The translations under genes were made by a program, and so were the position numbers. This document shows positions 24,410-34,054 of a stretch of DNA of 61,090 bases, piece after piece. The DNA lies in the IMG/VR virus record IMGVR_UViG_3300024232_000010, positions 1 through 61,090 of that record. One strand, 5' to 3'. Source of the DNA: a virus (lineage: Duplodnaviria > Caudoviricetes). The first letter of the stretch is position 1, and each line of letters starts with the position of its first letter. The notes under the pieces were generated by a model. The model was not told where the DNA came from. It searched no databases and saw only the letters and a program-made list of their open reading frames with translations.

Positions 24410-25450
24410 TTACTCCTCCACCAGCCATTCGGGGTGCTTGAGGCTCCAGAGCACGGTCTTCTCCAGGCTGGTCTCGAAATCGACCGGCGGTGCCCAGCCC
24501 ATGCCCATCAGCTTGGACGGGTCAAGCCCGTAGTGGGGGTCGTGTCCCGGCCTGGCGCTGTGGAAATCGACCAGCTTGTGGTTCAGCGGCTTGCCGACGA
24601 TGTTCGCGATCATCGACGCCAGGTCCAGGTTAGACACCGGGTTCGGACCGGCTATGTTGTACCGGTCGGGCAGCATGGCCGTGTCCAGGCCCACGTTCTG
24701 CGGGGTCGGGAACGCGGACGGCCGGCCACGTTCGATCAGGAACACCAGCGCGTCAGCCAGGTTCCTCGCATGCAGGTAGTGGCGGGTGCCGATGTCACCC
24801 GGCTGTCCGTAGACGCGGACGATCTCGCCACGCTGAACCTTCCCGATCGTCATCGGCACGTACTTCTCCGGGTCCTGCATCTCACCGAACAGGTTCATGC
24901 AGTTCACGATCACCACCGGCACACCGTATGCCCGCCAGTACGAGATGGCGATGGCCTCCTGTGCCGCTTTCGACGCCGAGTACGGGTTCGACGGGATAAT
25001 CGGGGCCCACTCCTTGTGCGCCTGACCCGGCACGGTCGGCCCGTACACCTCGTCGGTGGAGATGACGATGACCAGTCGCGGTTTGACCTGCCTGCACAGC
25101 TCCAGGGTGTTCAGGATGACGTCGGTGTTGTTACGCACGAACGGAACAGGGTCAGCCAGCGACCGGTCCACATGCGACTGGGACGCCATCGCGATCACCA
25201 CGTCCAGCGTGCCGATCCGCCCGATCTCACCACCGGTGAACGGCGCGGCCAGGTCGTGCGTGATCACGGTCAGCCGCTCATGCCAGCCGCTGTTCTCCGG
25301 TGCCTCTGCGAGGATCCGGGCGATACGGTCGCACCTGCCCTTGTGCCGGAAAGAATCCGTCCCGACCAGGTGCCAGTCGGTCTTGGTGAGGATGTGCTCC
25401 GTTACGTGCGAACCTATAAACCCGCCAGCACCTGTCAGTAGCACCCTCAC
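24410..25450 (-). CDS. rmlB: dTDP-glucose 4,6-dehydratase-like extended SDR
   Basis: TGAGGFIG, SHVDRS, STDEVYG, PSNPYSASK and RPGHD motifs. Confidence 0.85.
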   Translation of the reverse strand: MRVLLTGAGGFIGSHVTEHILTKTDWHLVGTDSFRHKGRCDRIARILAEAPENSGWHERLTVITHDLAAPFTGGEIGRIGTLDVVIAMASQSHVDRSLADPVPFVRNNTDVILNTLELCRQVKPRLVIVISTDEVYGPTVPGQAHKEWAPIIPSNPYSASKAAQEAIAISYWRAYGVPVVIVNCMNLFGEMQDPEKYVPMTIGKVQRGEIVRVYGQPGDIGTRHYLHARNLADALVFLIERGRPSAFPTPQNVGLDTAMLPDRYNIAGPNPVSNLDLASMIANIVGKPLNHKLVDFHSARPGHDPHYGLDPSKLMGMGWAPPVDFETSLEKTVLWSLKHPEWLVEE

Positions 25451-26460
25451 CGGCGGAACAACCCCTCGTAAGCGTCAGCCCACATTTTCCAGCCCTTCTC
25501 GATGGTGTACTCCCGGGCGCGTTCCCGCGCCGCCGCGCCCATCTTCTCACGCAGGGCATCGTCACCGGCAAGCTCAGACATGTACCTGAGCCATTCGTGG
25601 TCCTGCTTGACCAGGAAACCGGTCTCGCCGTGTACCACGAAATCCCGGTACGGGTAATAGTCAGAAGCTACCACCGGTATGCCCAGCGCCCCGTACTCCA
25701 GCGCCTTCAGCCACGACTTCGACGCGTTGAACTTCGTCGCCGTGACCGGTGCCAGGCCGATATCCCAGTCCGGTGCGGTGTAGAAACCCCGGTCATCATC
25801 GGTGACCTGCACCCACGGGGTGAAGATAGCCCGTTCACCCGCCTTGAACGTAGGACGGTAGTCCGTCGCTGCGATGCGCAGGTCCCAGCCGGGGAACCGT
25901 TTCAGGAACCGGCGGACCGGCCCCGCGATAAGGCCGACATCAGCACCATGGGAAGCGCCGCCCGTCCAGCCGACCGCTGGCCTGGCCCGCCGGTTCCGCT
26001 CAATGTCACACACCCAAGCGGGTATGTGATTCGGCAGCACGACGACGTTCGGGTTGTACTGCCGCAGCACCTCCGCCAGAGGCTCCGTAGAGCACGTGAT
26101 CAGATCAGCGACCTCCATCGCGTGCGTCGCCGCGTCGATGATGTCCGGCCGCTGCCAGAAGTTGTACGCCTGGAAGTTCTCCGGTGTCACCGAGAACACG
26201 TCGTCGTCCAGCTCGTACACCAGGCGGTTACGCGGAATCCTTGCCTCACGGAACACGTGGACGCCACCCGGCTTGTTGAACCGCTGTGCCACGATCACGT
26301 CGTGGCCTTCCATTGTCCGGGCGTTGATACCCGGGCCGTTGTCAGTATCCGCTGAGGCGAGCGTCACGTCATACCCGTGCGCCTGGAGCTGCCGCATCGG
26401 CAGGATCATCCGGTACCATCCGCACCCGGAACCACCGTCATGCCCGGCGAATATCTTCAC
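25447..26460 (-). CDS. Glycosyltransferase (GT-B, GT4-like)
   Basis: GCGWYR, YELDDD, FNASKSWLKALEYGALGIPVVAS, HGETGFLV. Confidence 0.85.
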   Translation of the reverse strand: MKIFAGHDGGSGCGWYRMILPMRQLQAHGYDVTLASADTDNGPGINARTMEGHDVIVAQRFNKPGGVHVFREARIPRNRLVYELDDDVFSVTPENFQAYNFWQRPDIIDAATHAMEVADLITCSTEPLAEVLRQYNPNVVVLPNHIPAWVCDIERNRRARPAVGWTGGASHGADVGLIAGPVRRFLKRFPGWDLRIAATDYRPTFKAGERAIFTPWVQVTDDDRGFYTAPDWDIGLAPVTATKFNASKSWLKALEYGALGIPVVASDYYPYRDFVVHGETGFLVKQDHEWLRYMSELAGDDALREKMGAAARERAREYTIEKGWKMWADAYEGLFRR

Positions 26461-26735
26461 GACGGGTCCTTACGCGCACCGTCGATCGTCCGCCGCACAT
26501 AGGACTCGTCCAGGCCAGCCCGGACACCCGCCTCAGCCAGCTTGTCCACCTCGGCGGGTGGCAGTCCGTCCTCGGCTGCTGTCTTCGCCGCCCAGAAGAA
26601 CCCCTTGTGGCGTTCACCTTCCGGCAGGCCCATGACGAAATCGGCCAGGCCGTCCGCGTTGTCAGCCACGCGTAACTGCCCGCCTTCACAGCGGCGTACC
26701 ACAGGCAGCATCCATTTACGCATCGTGTGGCTCAT
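26457..26735 (-). CDS. Hypothetical protein resembling a primase C-terminal (PriCT-like) helical domain
   Basis: GLADFV..LPEGERHKGFFWAA...AGL....VRRTIDGA. Confidence 0.5.
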   Translation of the reverse strand: MSHTMRKWMLPVVRRCEGGQLRVADNADGLADFVMGLPEGERHKGFFWAAKTAAEDGLPPAEVDKLAEAGVRAGLDESYVRRTIDGARKDPS

Positions 26736-27321
26736 AGATCCCCCACGCCAGGCAGCCCACTACGTCTTCCACACCGAACTCGTCCGCTACCTTGGTGACC
26801 TCGAAACCCGGGTGCCCCGTCTCGGCGCAGCGGCCGTAGTCGTGGAACGCGACCCAGCCGCCCGGTTTCATGACCATCAGCGCCAGGTCCAGGTCCCTGC
26901 GCACCGAGGCTTCGTCGTGCTGGCCGTCCAGGAAAGCACCGTCAACCTGGACGCCTTCCCGCCACAGGCGGGGTACTTCTTCCTCGAACCGGCCCTTGAC
27001 CGCGCGGACGTGCTTCTTAACCCCGTAGCCGAGAAGGTTCGCGTTGAACTCATCCCACGTGTCATACACACCGGCGTGGTCGTCGCCCTGGTGCCAGTCA
27101 ACTGAGTACACCATCTCGGCGACCGAAGCCATCACGATCGTGGAGAACCCGTAGAACGAGCCCAGCTCCAGCACCTTGCCACCGGTGGCGAGCCGGGCTA
27201 GCTCCGCTGCCTCGGCGGGCGTTACAGCGGTGACAAGGCCCTGCGGGAATATGACGTTACGAGTTCCAGGCACTGCGGTCCTCCAGAGTCCAGAACGAGA
27301 TGCCGCGCTCGGCGTTCTCAT
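26716..27321 (-). CDS. O-methyltransferase (Methyltransf_24-like); true start probably near 27273
   Basis: VLELGSFYGFST, FLDGQH, PGGWVAFHDY. Confidence 0.85.
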   Translation of the reverse strand: MRTPSAASRSGLWRTAVPGTRNVIFPQGLVTAVTPAEAAELARLATGGKVLELGSFYGFSTIVMASVAEMVYSVDWHQGDDHAGVYDTWDEFNANLLGYGVKKHVRAVKGRFEEEVPRLWREGVQVDGAFLDGQHDEASVRRDLDLALMVMKPGGWVAFHDYGRCAETGHPGFEVTKVADEFGVEDVVGCLAWGIYEPHDA

Positions 27322-27934
27322 GGTAATACTGCAACTCCGGTGACAGGTTGTCTAGGTCCTCGTACCACGCCAGGTGCTCAGCGATGTACGGGGTGCCGGT
27401 GCGGATCCCCTCGATTGAGAACCCGGTGTGCTCCGCGAGCGGCTGGTACACCGCTAGTGTCGTGTCGATCGGCGCGCGGTACACCGCGTCCTGGTCAAGC
27501 CACATGTGGTGCTCCCAGAACTGCCGCTCCCAGGACAGCACATGCTCCCGGTGATGGTAGGTCTCGGGTATGTTGTCTATCCGCAAACCCAGCCCGGCCT
27601 TGGGATAGTCGGACTTGTCCAGGACCTTCTCCAGGTGATCCAGCCAGTCATAAGGGCAGCTGTCAGCTGGCACCACGTCCGGGTCCGTGACGACGTACCT
27701 GTCGTCGCCGCAGAGCTTGCGGAAAGGCTCCCACGCCCACAGCTCCCGGGGGTGCCCGCCGCCCTTGCGGAGAACCTGAACCCCGTCTTTGCCCACCTGT
27801 TCCAGCCACCTCAGCGCCGGCGGGTAGGTCGAACCGTGGTCGACGATGCACACGTCAAGACCGGCCACCCCGAGGGCCTCCGCGCAGCGGGAGCCGTACG
27901 TCACCCGGTCCCGGAAGATGATGAAACCCTTCAC
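27257..27934 (-). CDS. Glycosyltransferase (GT-A, GT2-like)
   Basis: IVDHGST, VVTDPD (DxD), APIDTT, HLAWY; GTGA-coupled. Confidence 0.75.
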   Translation of the reverse strand: MKGFIIFRDRVTYGSRCAEALGVAGLDVCIVDHGSTYPPALRWLEQVGKDGVQVLRKGGGHPRELWAWEPFRKLCGDDRYVVTDPDVVPADSCPYDWLDHLEKVLDKSDYPKAGLGLRIDNIPETYHHREHVLSWERQFWEHHMWLDQDAVYRAPIDTTLAVYQPLAEHTGFSIEGIRTGTPYIAEHLAWYEDLDNLSPELQYYHENAERGISFWTLEDRSAWNS

Positions 27935-28545
27935 TGGGACACCCGGAAGCGGGACGGCCACACGTCGGACGTCTCATAGTCCACGTTGACGTACTGGATG
28001 CCAGCGTCAAGCCAACGTTCGACCAGTTCCCAGTCTTCTTTCCATGACGCCGGCCCCCACGTGCCATGCTCCAGAACCCACCGCCGGTGCATCAGCATGG
28101 GCGAACCGATGTTCCCCGGGGCCAGCGGACCCCACCCGACCGTGACCGCGTGGGCGTGGTGTGACACCATGCGGGACACGGCGAACCCCGCATCAGGAGC
28201 GGCGTCCAGCGCGGCGGCCAGCTTCGAGCAGTGATCCGGGCGCAGGCTGTCATCATCGTCGCAGTAGGTGATGTACTCACCCATCGCATACTCAAGGCCG
28301 AGCAGCCGGGCGTGATGCCCGTAATGCTCCTCGCTGTCATGCACGGCCACCTCGTAGTAGCGCGGCCCGGAACCCTGGTACCGGGCGTTGAACTCCGATG
28401 CCAGCACCGGGTCCGGCCCGTCACAGACGACAACGTGGTCGACAAGCGGGTAATCCTGCGCCTGGACAGACGGTATGCACCGGGTGAACAGCAGGTCGCG
28501 GCGCTGCCACGTCGGGGTGATCACCGAAACAGCTCTGGTTCTCAT
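27931..28545 (-). CDS. Glycosyltransferase family 2
   Basis: VSVITPTWQR, VVCDG, YCDDDD, EDWEL. Confidence 0.88.
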   Translation of the reverse strand: MRTRAVSVITPTWQRRDLLFTRCIPSVQAQDYPLVDHVVVCDGPDPVLASEFNARYQGSGPRYYEVAVHDSEEHYGHHARLLGLEYAMGEYITYCDDDDSLRPDHCSKLAAALDAAPDAGFAVSRMVSHHAHAVTVGWGPLAPGNIGSPMLMHRRWVLEHGTWGPASWKEDWELVERWLDAGIQYVNVDYETSDVWPSRFRVSQ

Positions 28546-29813
28546 GAGGACACCATATGCGTGTCGAAGAAACCGTCCTGCGCGCCCAGGTGCGAACGGA
28601 AACGGTATGTGCTGATCATCTCCTCGCGGATCTCGATCAGCTCATCCGCGGACAGGTCCGGGGTGCGGACTACCGCGTCGGTGCCGCGGTTCTTCTGCCC
28701 GTACGCGCCGAGCCCCTCCCCGGTGAACGACAGGTCTTGCGTTATCCCCTCGTCCATTTCCCGGCGCAGCTCGGTTCCCTTGTACGGGTAGTAGATCGCT
28801 ATCTGCGCGTCGTCGATACCGGACTCGCAGATGAACCGCTCAGTCTCCGCGACCGTCTTGCGATTCTCCCCCGGCAGGCCGATCATCAAGAACGCCTTTA
28901 CGGTGATCCCGTGGTCCTTGCAGTGGCGCACGCACGCGTAGTTCTGTTCCACCGTGGTCTTCTTGTCGATACGGTCCAGGATCTGCTGGGAGCCGCTCTC
29001 CGCCCCGAATGCCACCTCGACGCAACCCGCGTCCGACAGGGCGGCGGCGAACTCGTCCGTCATGAAACGGGCGTGGACGTTGCACCGGAACTTCAGGCCC
29101 GACCGTTTCAGCAGGTCCAGGTACGGCTGGCATTTACCCAGGTTGATCGCGAACAGGTCATCGAACAGGTACACGCCCCGGTAGCCCAGCTTCACGATGT
29201 CGTCCAGCTCGGCATCCGCGTTGGCCAGCGACGTCCACCGGGTCAGCGTCCGGGCGTCCTCGCAGAACTTGCACGCCATCGGGCAGCCACGCCCCAGCAT
29301 CATCGTGGTCGAGTACAGGCCCGCCAGGGTGTACTTGTAGCCGCGGAGGAAACTTGCCTCACCCAGCCGGTCCGGTGGCGGCATCTTCGCCAGCTCAGCC
29401 CTCGGGATCTGGTCGTACGACAGGCGACGAACCTTCTCACCGCTCAGGATCTGCGGCAGGACCCGCTCCCCGTCCCCGCCGACCAGGTAGTCCCAGAAGA
29501 TGGGCATGTCCCGGCCGTAATGCCGGACGTGCGGCCCGCCCGCGATGACCGTCTTGCCAGGCCACCGCATTTTGATCGCACACGCCAGGTCGTCCGCCTC
29601 GGCCCGCTGCGGGGTCATCACCGACACGCCCACCACGTCGGCATCAGCGAAGTCATCAGCACCGCTGTAGTCGTCGACCACGGCGACCTCGACGTCGGGC
29701 AACCCGGCTTTCACCGCTGACTTCAGGTACAGAAGACCCAGAGGCGGGTAGATGCGGTCGCTGTCAAGGAAAGGTGAACGGCACGAAACCAGTGTCAGCT
29801 TCACGTCCCTCAC
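28542..29813 (-). CDS. B12-binding radical SAM protein (class B methyltransferase-like)
   Basis: PPLGLLYL, GGPH, RGCPMACKFC (CxxxCxxC), GAESGSQ, MIGLPGE. Confidence 0.9.
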   Translation of the reverse strand: MRDVKLTLVSCRSPFLDSDRIYPPLGLLYLKSAVKAGLPDVEVAVVDDYSGADDFADADVVGVSVMTPQRAEADDLACAIKMRWPGKTVIAGGPHVRHYGRDMPIFWDYLVGGDGERVLPQILSGEKVRRLSYDQIPRAELAKMPPPDRLGEASFLRGYKYTLAGLYSTTMMLGRGCPMACKFCEDARTLTRWTSLANADAELDDIVKLGYRGVYLFDDLFAINLGKCQPYLDLLKRSGLKFRCNVHARFMTDEFAAALSDAGCVEVAFGAESGSQQILDRIDKKTTVEQNYACVRHCKDHGITVKAFLMIGLPGENRKTVAETERFICESGIDDAQIAIYYPYKGTELRREMDEGITQDLSFTGEGLGAYGQKNRGTDAVVRTPDLSADELIEIREEMISTYRFRSHLGAQDGFFDTHMVSS

Positions 29814-31140
29814 CGTCCTTCGCGGGGATAGGGATGATGCCGAGACCGAAGAACGGCCTGCCCTCAGCCGGTGCGGGCCGGTCAGTCTGACTGGTCCACT
29901 TCAGCCCGCGTTCCTTGCAGTACACGCCGATCGCCTCAGCGACCGGGTACTCAGGGCCGTTGACGTCTTCGTGTGCACCCGGTTCGCCGTAGGCGACCAT
30001 CTGCCCGATGGTCAGTTCCACGTCGTGCATCAGGATCACTCCGCCCGGCCTGACCCGATGACCGAACCTGCGCAGCTCAGCCAGCGTGTGCTCATACCGG
30101 TGGGATGTGTCGATGAACAAGATGTCCAGCTCACCGGGGATGAAACGGGCCGCTTCTTCGCTCATGTCGTCAGCGGACAGGAAATCCCACAGCCCGCATG
30201 CTGCCCACTCGTTCGTCGAAGGGCCCATGTCGACAGACCACACATGCCCGCCGCTGGCCGCAGCCCCCGCCAGGAACGCCGAGGTTGACTCGCCCGTGCG
30301 CGTGCCCAGCTCGGCTATCACCGGTGCGCTGTAAGAACGGGCCGCCTGCCGAAGAATCGGCATCTGCTCCTGGATGTCCGACCACGCACCGAGCCTGGCC
30401 GCGTACCCTTCTTCGAGCCAGCGGAGCGTAGCCAGCGAGTAGGTGTCTTCCGCTCGCCACAGCGTGTACGGCTCATGGTAGAAAGGCTGGTCCACGGTCC
30501 CGCCAGCACCGGCCCGCCACGCCCCGCCGCCCTCGGCGTGCGTCGAGTCTGACTCGCAGCCGGTCAGGTCGGGGCGTTCCTGGTGGACGTAGATACCCGG
30601 GTGCACCAGTGCCCCCGCGTCCCTGCCCACGTACTCGAACCAGGTGTCCAGCGCGGGCAGCGGGGCGAGACGCCCGATCGCTGACAGCGCGTCGGCGTGC
30701 ACCGCGGGGAAACAGGTCAGGCCCGGGTAGTTCCCGTTCAGGAACGCGATGCTGGCAGCGGGAAGTTCCCGCAGCATGTCGTCCCAGCCGCGGGTTTTCA
30801 TGATCGCATCATCGGACCAAGTCGCCATGATCCACTCACCCGACGACCGGTTCATCAGCTCAGCCCAGTAGTGGCCCGAACGGACGTAACCGTACCTCTC
30901 CGGTGCCTGCCACACCACGTCAGCGTTCATCAGGGCCGCTGACAGGCCCGTCTCGATGTCATCCGGGTCGTGCGCGACCAGTATCTCTATCAGCTCCGGT
31001 CGTGCCGCTGTTGTCACCAGCGACTGGAGGGAAGCCTCCAGCTTGGCAGTCCTGTTCCGGGACGGTACCGTCACTGAGATGACCCCGCTGCGCCGCAGGG
31101 CCGGGGGGCGCAGGCGCAGCGGGATCATCGGCTCACTCAC
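29764..31140 (-). CDS. Glycosyltransferase (GT-A) fused to an O-methyltransferase
   Basis: N-terminal VPSRNR...DPDD...SDD...DTW. C-terminal ELGTRTGEST...FIDTSHRY...GGVILMHD. Confidence 0.8.
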   Translation of the reverse strand: MSEPMIPLRLRPPALRRSGVISVTVPSRNRTAKLEASLQSLVTTAARPELIEILVAHDPDDIETGLSAALMNADVVWQAPERYGYVRSGHYWAELMNRSSGEWIMATWSDDAIMKTRGWDDMLRELPAASIAFLNGNYPGLTCFPAVHADALSAIGRLAPLPALDTWFEYVGRDAGALVHPGIYVHQERPDLTGCESDSTHAEGGGAWRAGAGGTVDQPFYHEPYTLWRAEDTYSLATLRWLEEGYAARLGAWSDIQEQMPILRQAARSYSAPVIAELGTRTGESTSAFLAGAAASGGHVWSVDMGPSTNEWAACGLWDFLSADDMSEEAARFIPGELDILFIDTSHRYEHTLAELRRFGHRVRPGGVILMHDVELTIGQMVAYGEPGAHEDVNGPEYPVAEAIGVYCKERGLKWTSQTDRPAPAEGRPFFGLGIIPIPAKDGEGREADTGFVPFTFP

Positions 31141-32299
31141 CGAACACCACCGGGGACGGGAGTGGCACGATGAACTTCCCCTGGTAGCCGCGTTTCCGCA
31201 GCGACACGATCAGGCTGTGCGCGATGTCCCAAGCCAGGATCAGCGCGTAAGGCGGCTGCTCGTCGAACAGCACCTGCTCATCCACGATCGGGACCTGCGT
31301 GCCAGGTATGACAGCGCCGATCTTGTCCGAACCCGCAACCTCACACGCGCACGTCAGGTACTTGCCGAGCCCGGCGAAGTTGACCAGCGGTGTCGCCCGG
31401 GTGGGTGCTGTCACCGCGTAGACAGGACCCGCCTTGACCGCCTCGTCCATCAGGGACGTGAGCTTGTTAACCATGCCCATCACGCGCACTTCCAGGTGCT
31501 GCTTCTCCTTCTGCACCACGGCGCGGAACGAACCGCCGTGCATCCCGATCCGGTTCCAGCTGACGATCATCAGGCCATGCCGGGCGAGCAGCAGGCCCAG
31601 CGAAGCGGGCGTGTAGAACCGCTGGTGCTCATGATAGATCGTGTCGATCTGGAGGCCCTCCACGACGTTGTACCAGTCCTGGTTGTCGATCAGGAACGTG
31701 CCGTGCCTGTCCAGGAGAACCTGTATCCCGTCGAGGAAGTCGTGCACGTCGTGGACGTGACCGAACACGTTCGACGCGACGATGACCTGCGCGCTGCCAT
31801 GCGACTCGCGGATCTTCCCGGCCAGCTCAGCGTTGAAATATTCCTGCACGAACTGCACGCGGGGGTCGTCGCATTTCTTCACCTGGTCGGTCGGTTCGAC
31901 CAGCAGCAGCTCCGCGTCGGGTGCTTCCACAGCGAGTGCTTTCAGCATCGTCCCGTCGTTACCGCCGATGTCAACGACAAGCGGCCTGTAATCCGCGTCC
32001 AGGGTGGGGTCAGACCAAAGCAGCGAATCCACGTACTCGGCTTGCGCAGCGAAATGCTCCCGCAGCGCCTTGGTGTTCCCGGTCGTATACGGGTAGTCCA
32101 CGGGGAACACTTCGTCCCGCGGTGCGATAAAATCGAGCTGGACGAGGGTGCAGGTGGGGCATTCCACCAGGCGGAGCGGGTAACGCTTGTTCTCACGGCC
32201 GGGGACCGCCTGCGGGGTCGGCTGTACGCCCAGGTCAAGGACGTGGCGCAGACCCCCGGAGCCGCACGACTCGCAGTGGTAGACGGGCCCGTCAGCCAT
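31133..32299 (-). CDS. NDP-sugar C-methyltransferase (TcaB9/EryBIII/NovU-like)
   Basis: Zn motif CESC...CPTC.LVQL, DIGGNDG, NVFGHV, YHEH, HGGS, ILAW, FIVPLP. Confidence 0.88.
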   Translation of the reverse strand: MADGPVYHCESCGSGGLRHVLDLGVQPTPQAVPGRENKRYPLRLVECPTCTLVQLDFIAPRDEVFPVDYPYTTGNTKALREHFAAQAEYVDSLLWSDPTLDADYRPLVVDIGGNDGTMLKALAVEAPDAELLLVEPTDQVKKCDDPRVQFVQEYFNAELAGKIRESHGSAQVIVASNVFGHVHDVHDFLDGIQVLLDRHGTFLIDNQDWYNVVEGLQIDTIYHEHQRFYTPASLGLLLARHGLMIVSWNRIGMHGGSFRAVVQKEKQHLEVRVMGMVNKLTSLMDEAVKAGPVYAVTAPTRATPLVNFAGLGKYLTCACEVAGSDKIGAVIPGTQVPIVDEQVLFDEQPPYALILAWDIAHSLIVSLRKRGYQGKFIVPLPSPVVFGE

Positions 32300-33260
32300 G
32301 ATTCTCCCGGTACCAGGCGGCTGCGCGGGCGAGCCCCTCATCGAACGGGACCTTAGGGCCGTCGTAGCCGAGGCGCATCAGCTTGCCGATGTCAGGGAGC
32401 CGGCGGGACGGTGAGCCTTTCGGCAGGATCCCCGGTTCGATCTTGATCTCCCGGCCGTAGCATTCCGCCAGGCGGTAGGCCACGTCGGCGACAGTGTGCT
32501 CGTCCATGGTGCCCATGTGGTAGATCTCAGCCCCGGCAGGCGACTTCGCGAGCAGCAGCATGAACTGGTCGATGCAGTCGTCGATCCAGCAGAACGACCG
32601 GGTTTCCTCACCGCTGCCCTGGATCGGGAACGGAACCGGTGCTGATCCTCTGCCCCACTGGGGAAGCTCGTTGAACCGCTGGCAGAACTCGGGTATCACA
32701 TGATGGGTGCCCATGTCCGGTCCGTAGATATTATGCGGGCGGACGATTATCAGCCGGTCCAGGATTCCTGTCCGCTGCCACGCCAGGGCAGCTAGCTCGC
32801 TGGCTATCTTCCCGCCACCGTAGGAGTAGCGGGGGTTCAGCGTGTCAGGAACGACCAGTGGCACGTTCTCCGGGGTGGGCCACACCGGGGGTGTCTCGTA
32901 TGCCTCCGACGAGGACACCAGGACCAGCTCCCGGCAGCCTGTCGCCCGGCACGCTTCGAGGACATTCACGATCCCCCGCAGCGCCACGTCGAGGACCTGG
33001 CGTGGCTCGGAGTAGAAAGTCTGGGTTCCCTGCATGTAAGCAAGGTGGATGACCGACTCCGCACCCTGAGCTGCGACAAGGACCGCATCGGGGTTACGCA
33101 CGTCGCCGTCGAAGACATCGCAGCGTTCCAGCCCGGCCAGGCGGCGGGAAGCACCCCGGGAGAAGTCATCCAGGACAGCTGTCTCGTGACCTTCCCTGCT
33201 GAGCCTTCGGGTCAGCGAAGACCCGATGAAACCGGCACCACCGGTGATCAGATATCTCAC
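32292..33260 (-). CDS. NAD-dependent sugar epimerase/dehydratase/reductase (extended SDR)
   Basis: TGGAGFIG, SSSEAY, YGGGK, RPHNIYGP, TRSFCWIDD. Confidence 0.88.
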   Translation of the reverse strand: MRYLITGGAGFIGSSLTRRLSREGHETAVLDDFSRGASRRLAGLERCDVFDGDVRNPDAVLVAAQGAESVIHLAYMQGTQTFYSEPRQVLDVALRGIVNVLEACRATGCRELVLVSSSEAYETPPVWPTPENVPLVVPDTLNPRYSYGGGKIASELAALAWQRTGILDRLIIVRPHNIYGPDMGTHHVIPEFCQRFNELPQWGRGSAPVPFPIQGSGEETRSFCWIDDCIDQFMLLLAKSPAGAEIYHMGTMDEHTVADVAYRLAECYGREIKIEPGILPKGSPSRRLPDIGKLMRLGYDGPKVPFDEGLARAAAWYRENHG

Positions 33261-34054
33261 GGCGTCATACTAGCGTGCCGGGGCCGGAACCAACCGGGCG
33301 GGCAGTGCCTTTCCCGTACCCACCGTGGCCACGTGTCGTCTACGTCCACGGGTATCAGTTGGTCGGTGTAACCGAAATTCCCGAACGGGTTATGTCCCTC
33401 ACGGTAGAACAGGTCGTCGCCGTTGCCGTGGTTCAGCGCGTCGTTGACCTCGGTGTGGCAGTGGGAATCCATCTTCGCCTGGATCCCCTGCTTGCCGCCC
33501 AGCCACGTCAGGTGGTGCCCAGTACCCGGCAGCTCCGGTCCTTTCGTCCACCCGTCGCGGCGCGCGGCGGCGAACGACGTGATACCGCCTACCGGGCGGG
33601 ACACGGACGTTTTCAGCGGCCTGCCCCACAGCCAGTCGACCGCGAACATGCAGCACACCATCTCGAACACGCCCGGCTGCTGGTTCAGCACTGTTTCCAG
33701 CGCCTTGCCGTTCGGGATCTCATCGACGTCCGCGAGGATGATCCAGTCGCTATCTTCAGCGTCTGTCAAACCGCGTCCGATTGCTTCGCGCTGCACCGCT
33801 TCCTTATCCATCGGCGCGGCACCCGCAGGCAGGTCATCGACAACCACGTGGACGATCTGGTCCGACCAGGCCGAGAAGCGCTCCTTGTTCTCCGCGTAGA
33901 ACAGCGGCTTGGGATGCCCCTGGTGGTCCAGGGTGGCCTCGACCAGGACGTGCGTGTACACCGGCCAGGAATCCATCTCCACCAGGCGGCATTCCAGCAT
34001 GTCCAGTTCGTCGCGGAACAGGAACGTGTCGAAAATTCTCACCCGCGCCGCCAC
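33257..34054 (-). CDS. Glycosyltransferase family 17-like (MGAT3-type)
   Basis: DTFLF.DELDML..R, LVEA...GHPKPL, QRE, DVDEIP, HLTWLGG. Confidence 0.8.
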   Translation of the reverse strand: MAARVRIFDTFLFRDELDMLECRLVEMDSWPVYTHVLVEATLDHQGHPKPLFYAENKERFSAWSDQIVHVVVDDLPAGAAPMDKEAVQREAIGRGLTDAEDSDWIILADVDEIPNGKALETVLNQQPGVFEMVCCMFAVDWLWGRPLKTSVSRPVGGITSFAAARRDGWTKGPELPGTGHHLTWLGGKQGIQAKMDSHCHTEVNDALNHGNGDDLFYREGHNPFGNFGYTDQLIPVDVDDTWPRWVRERHCPPGWFRPRHASMTP

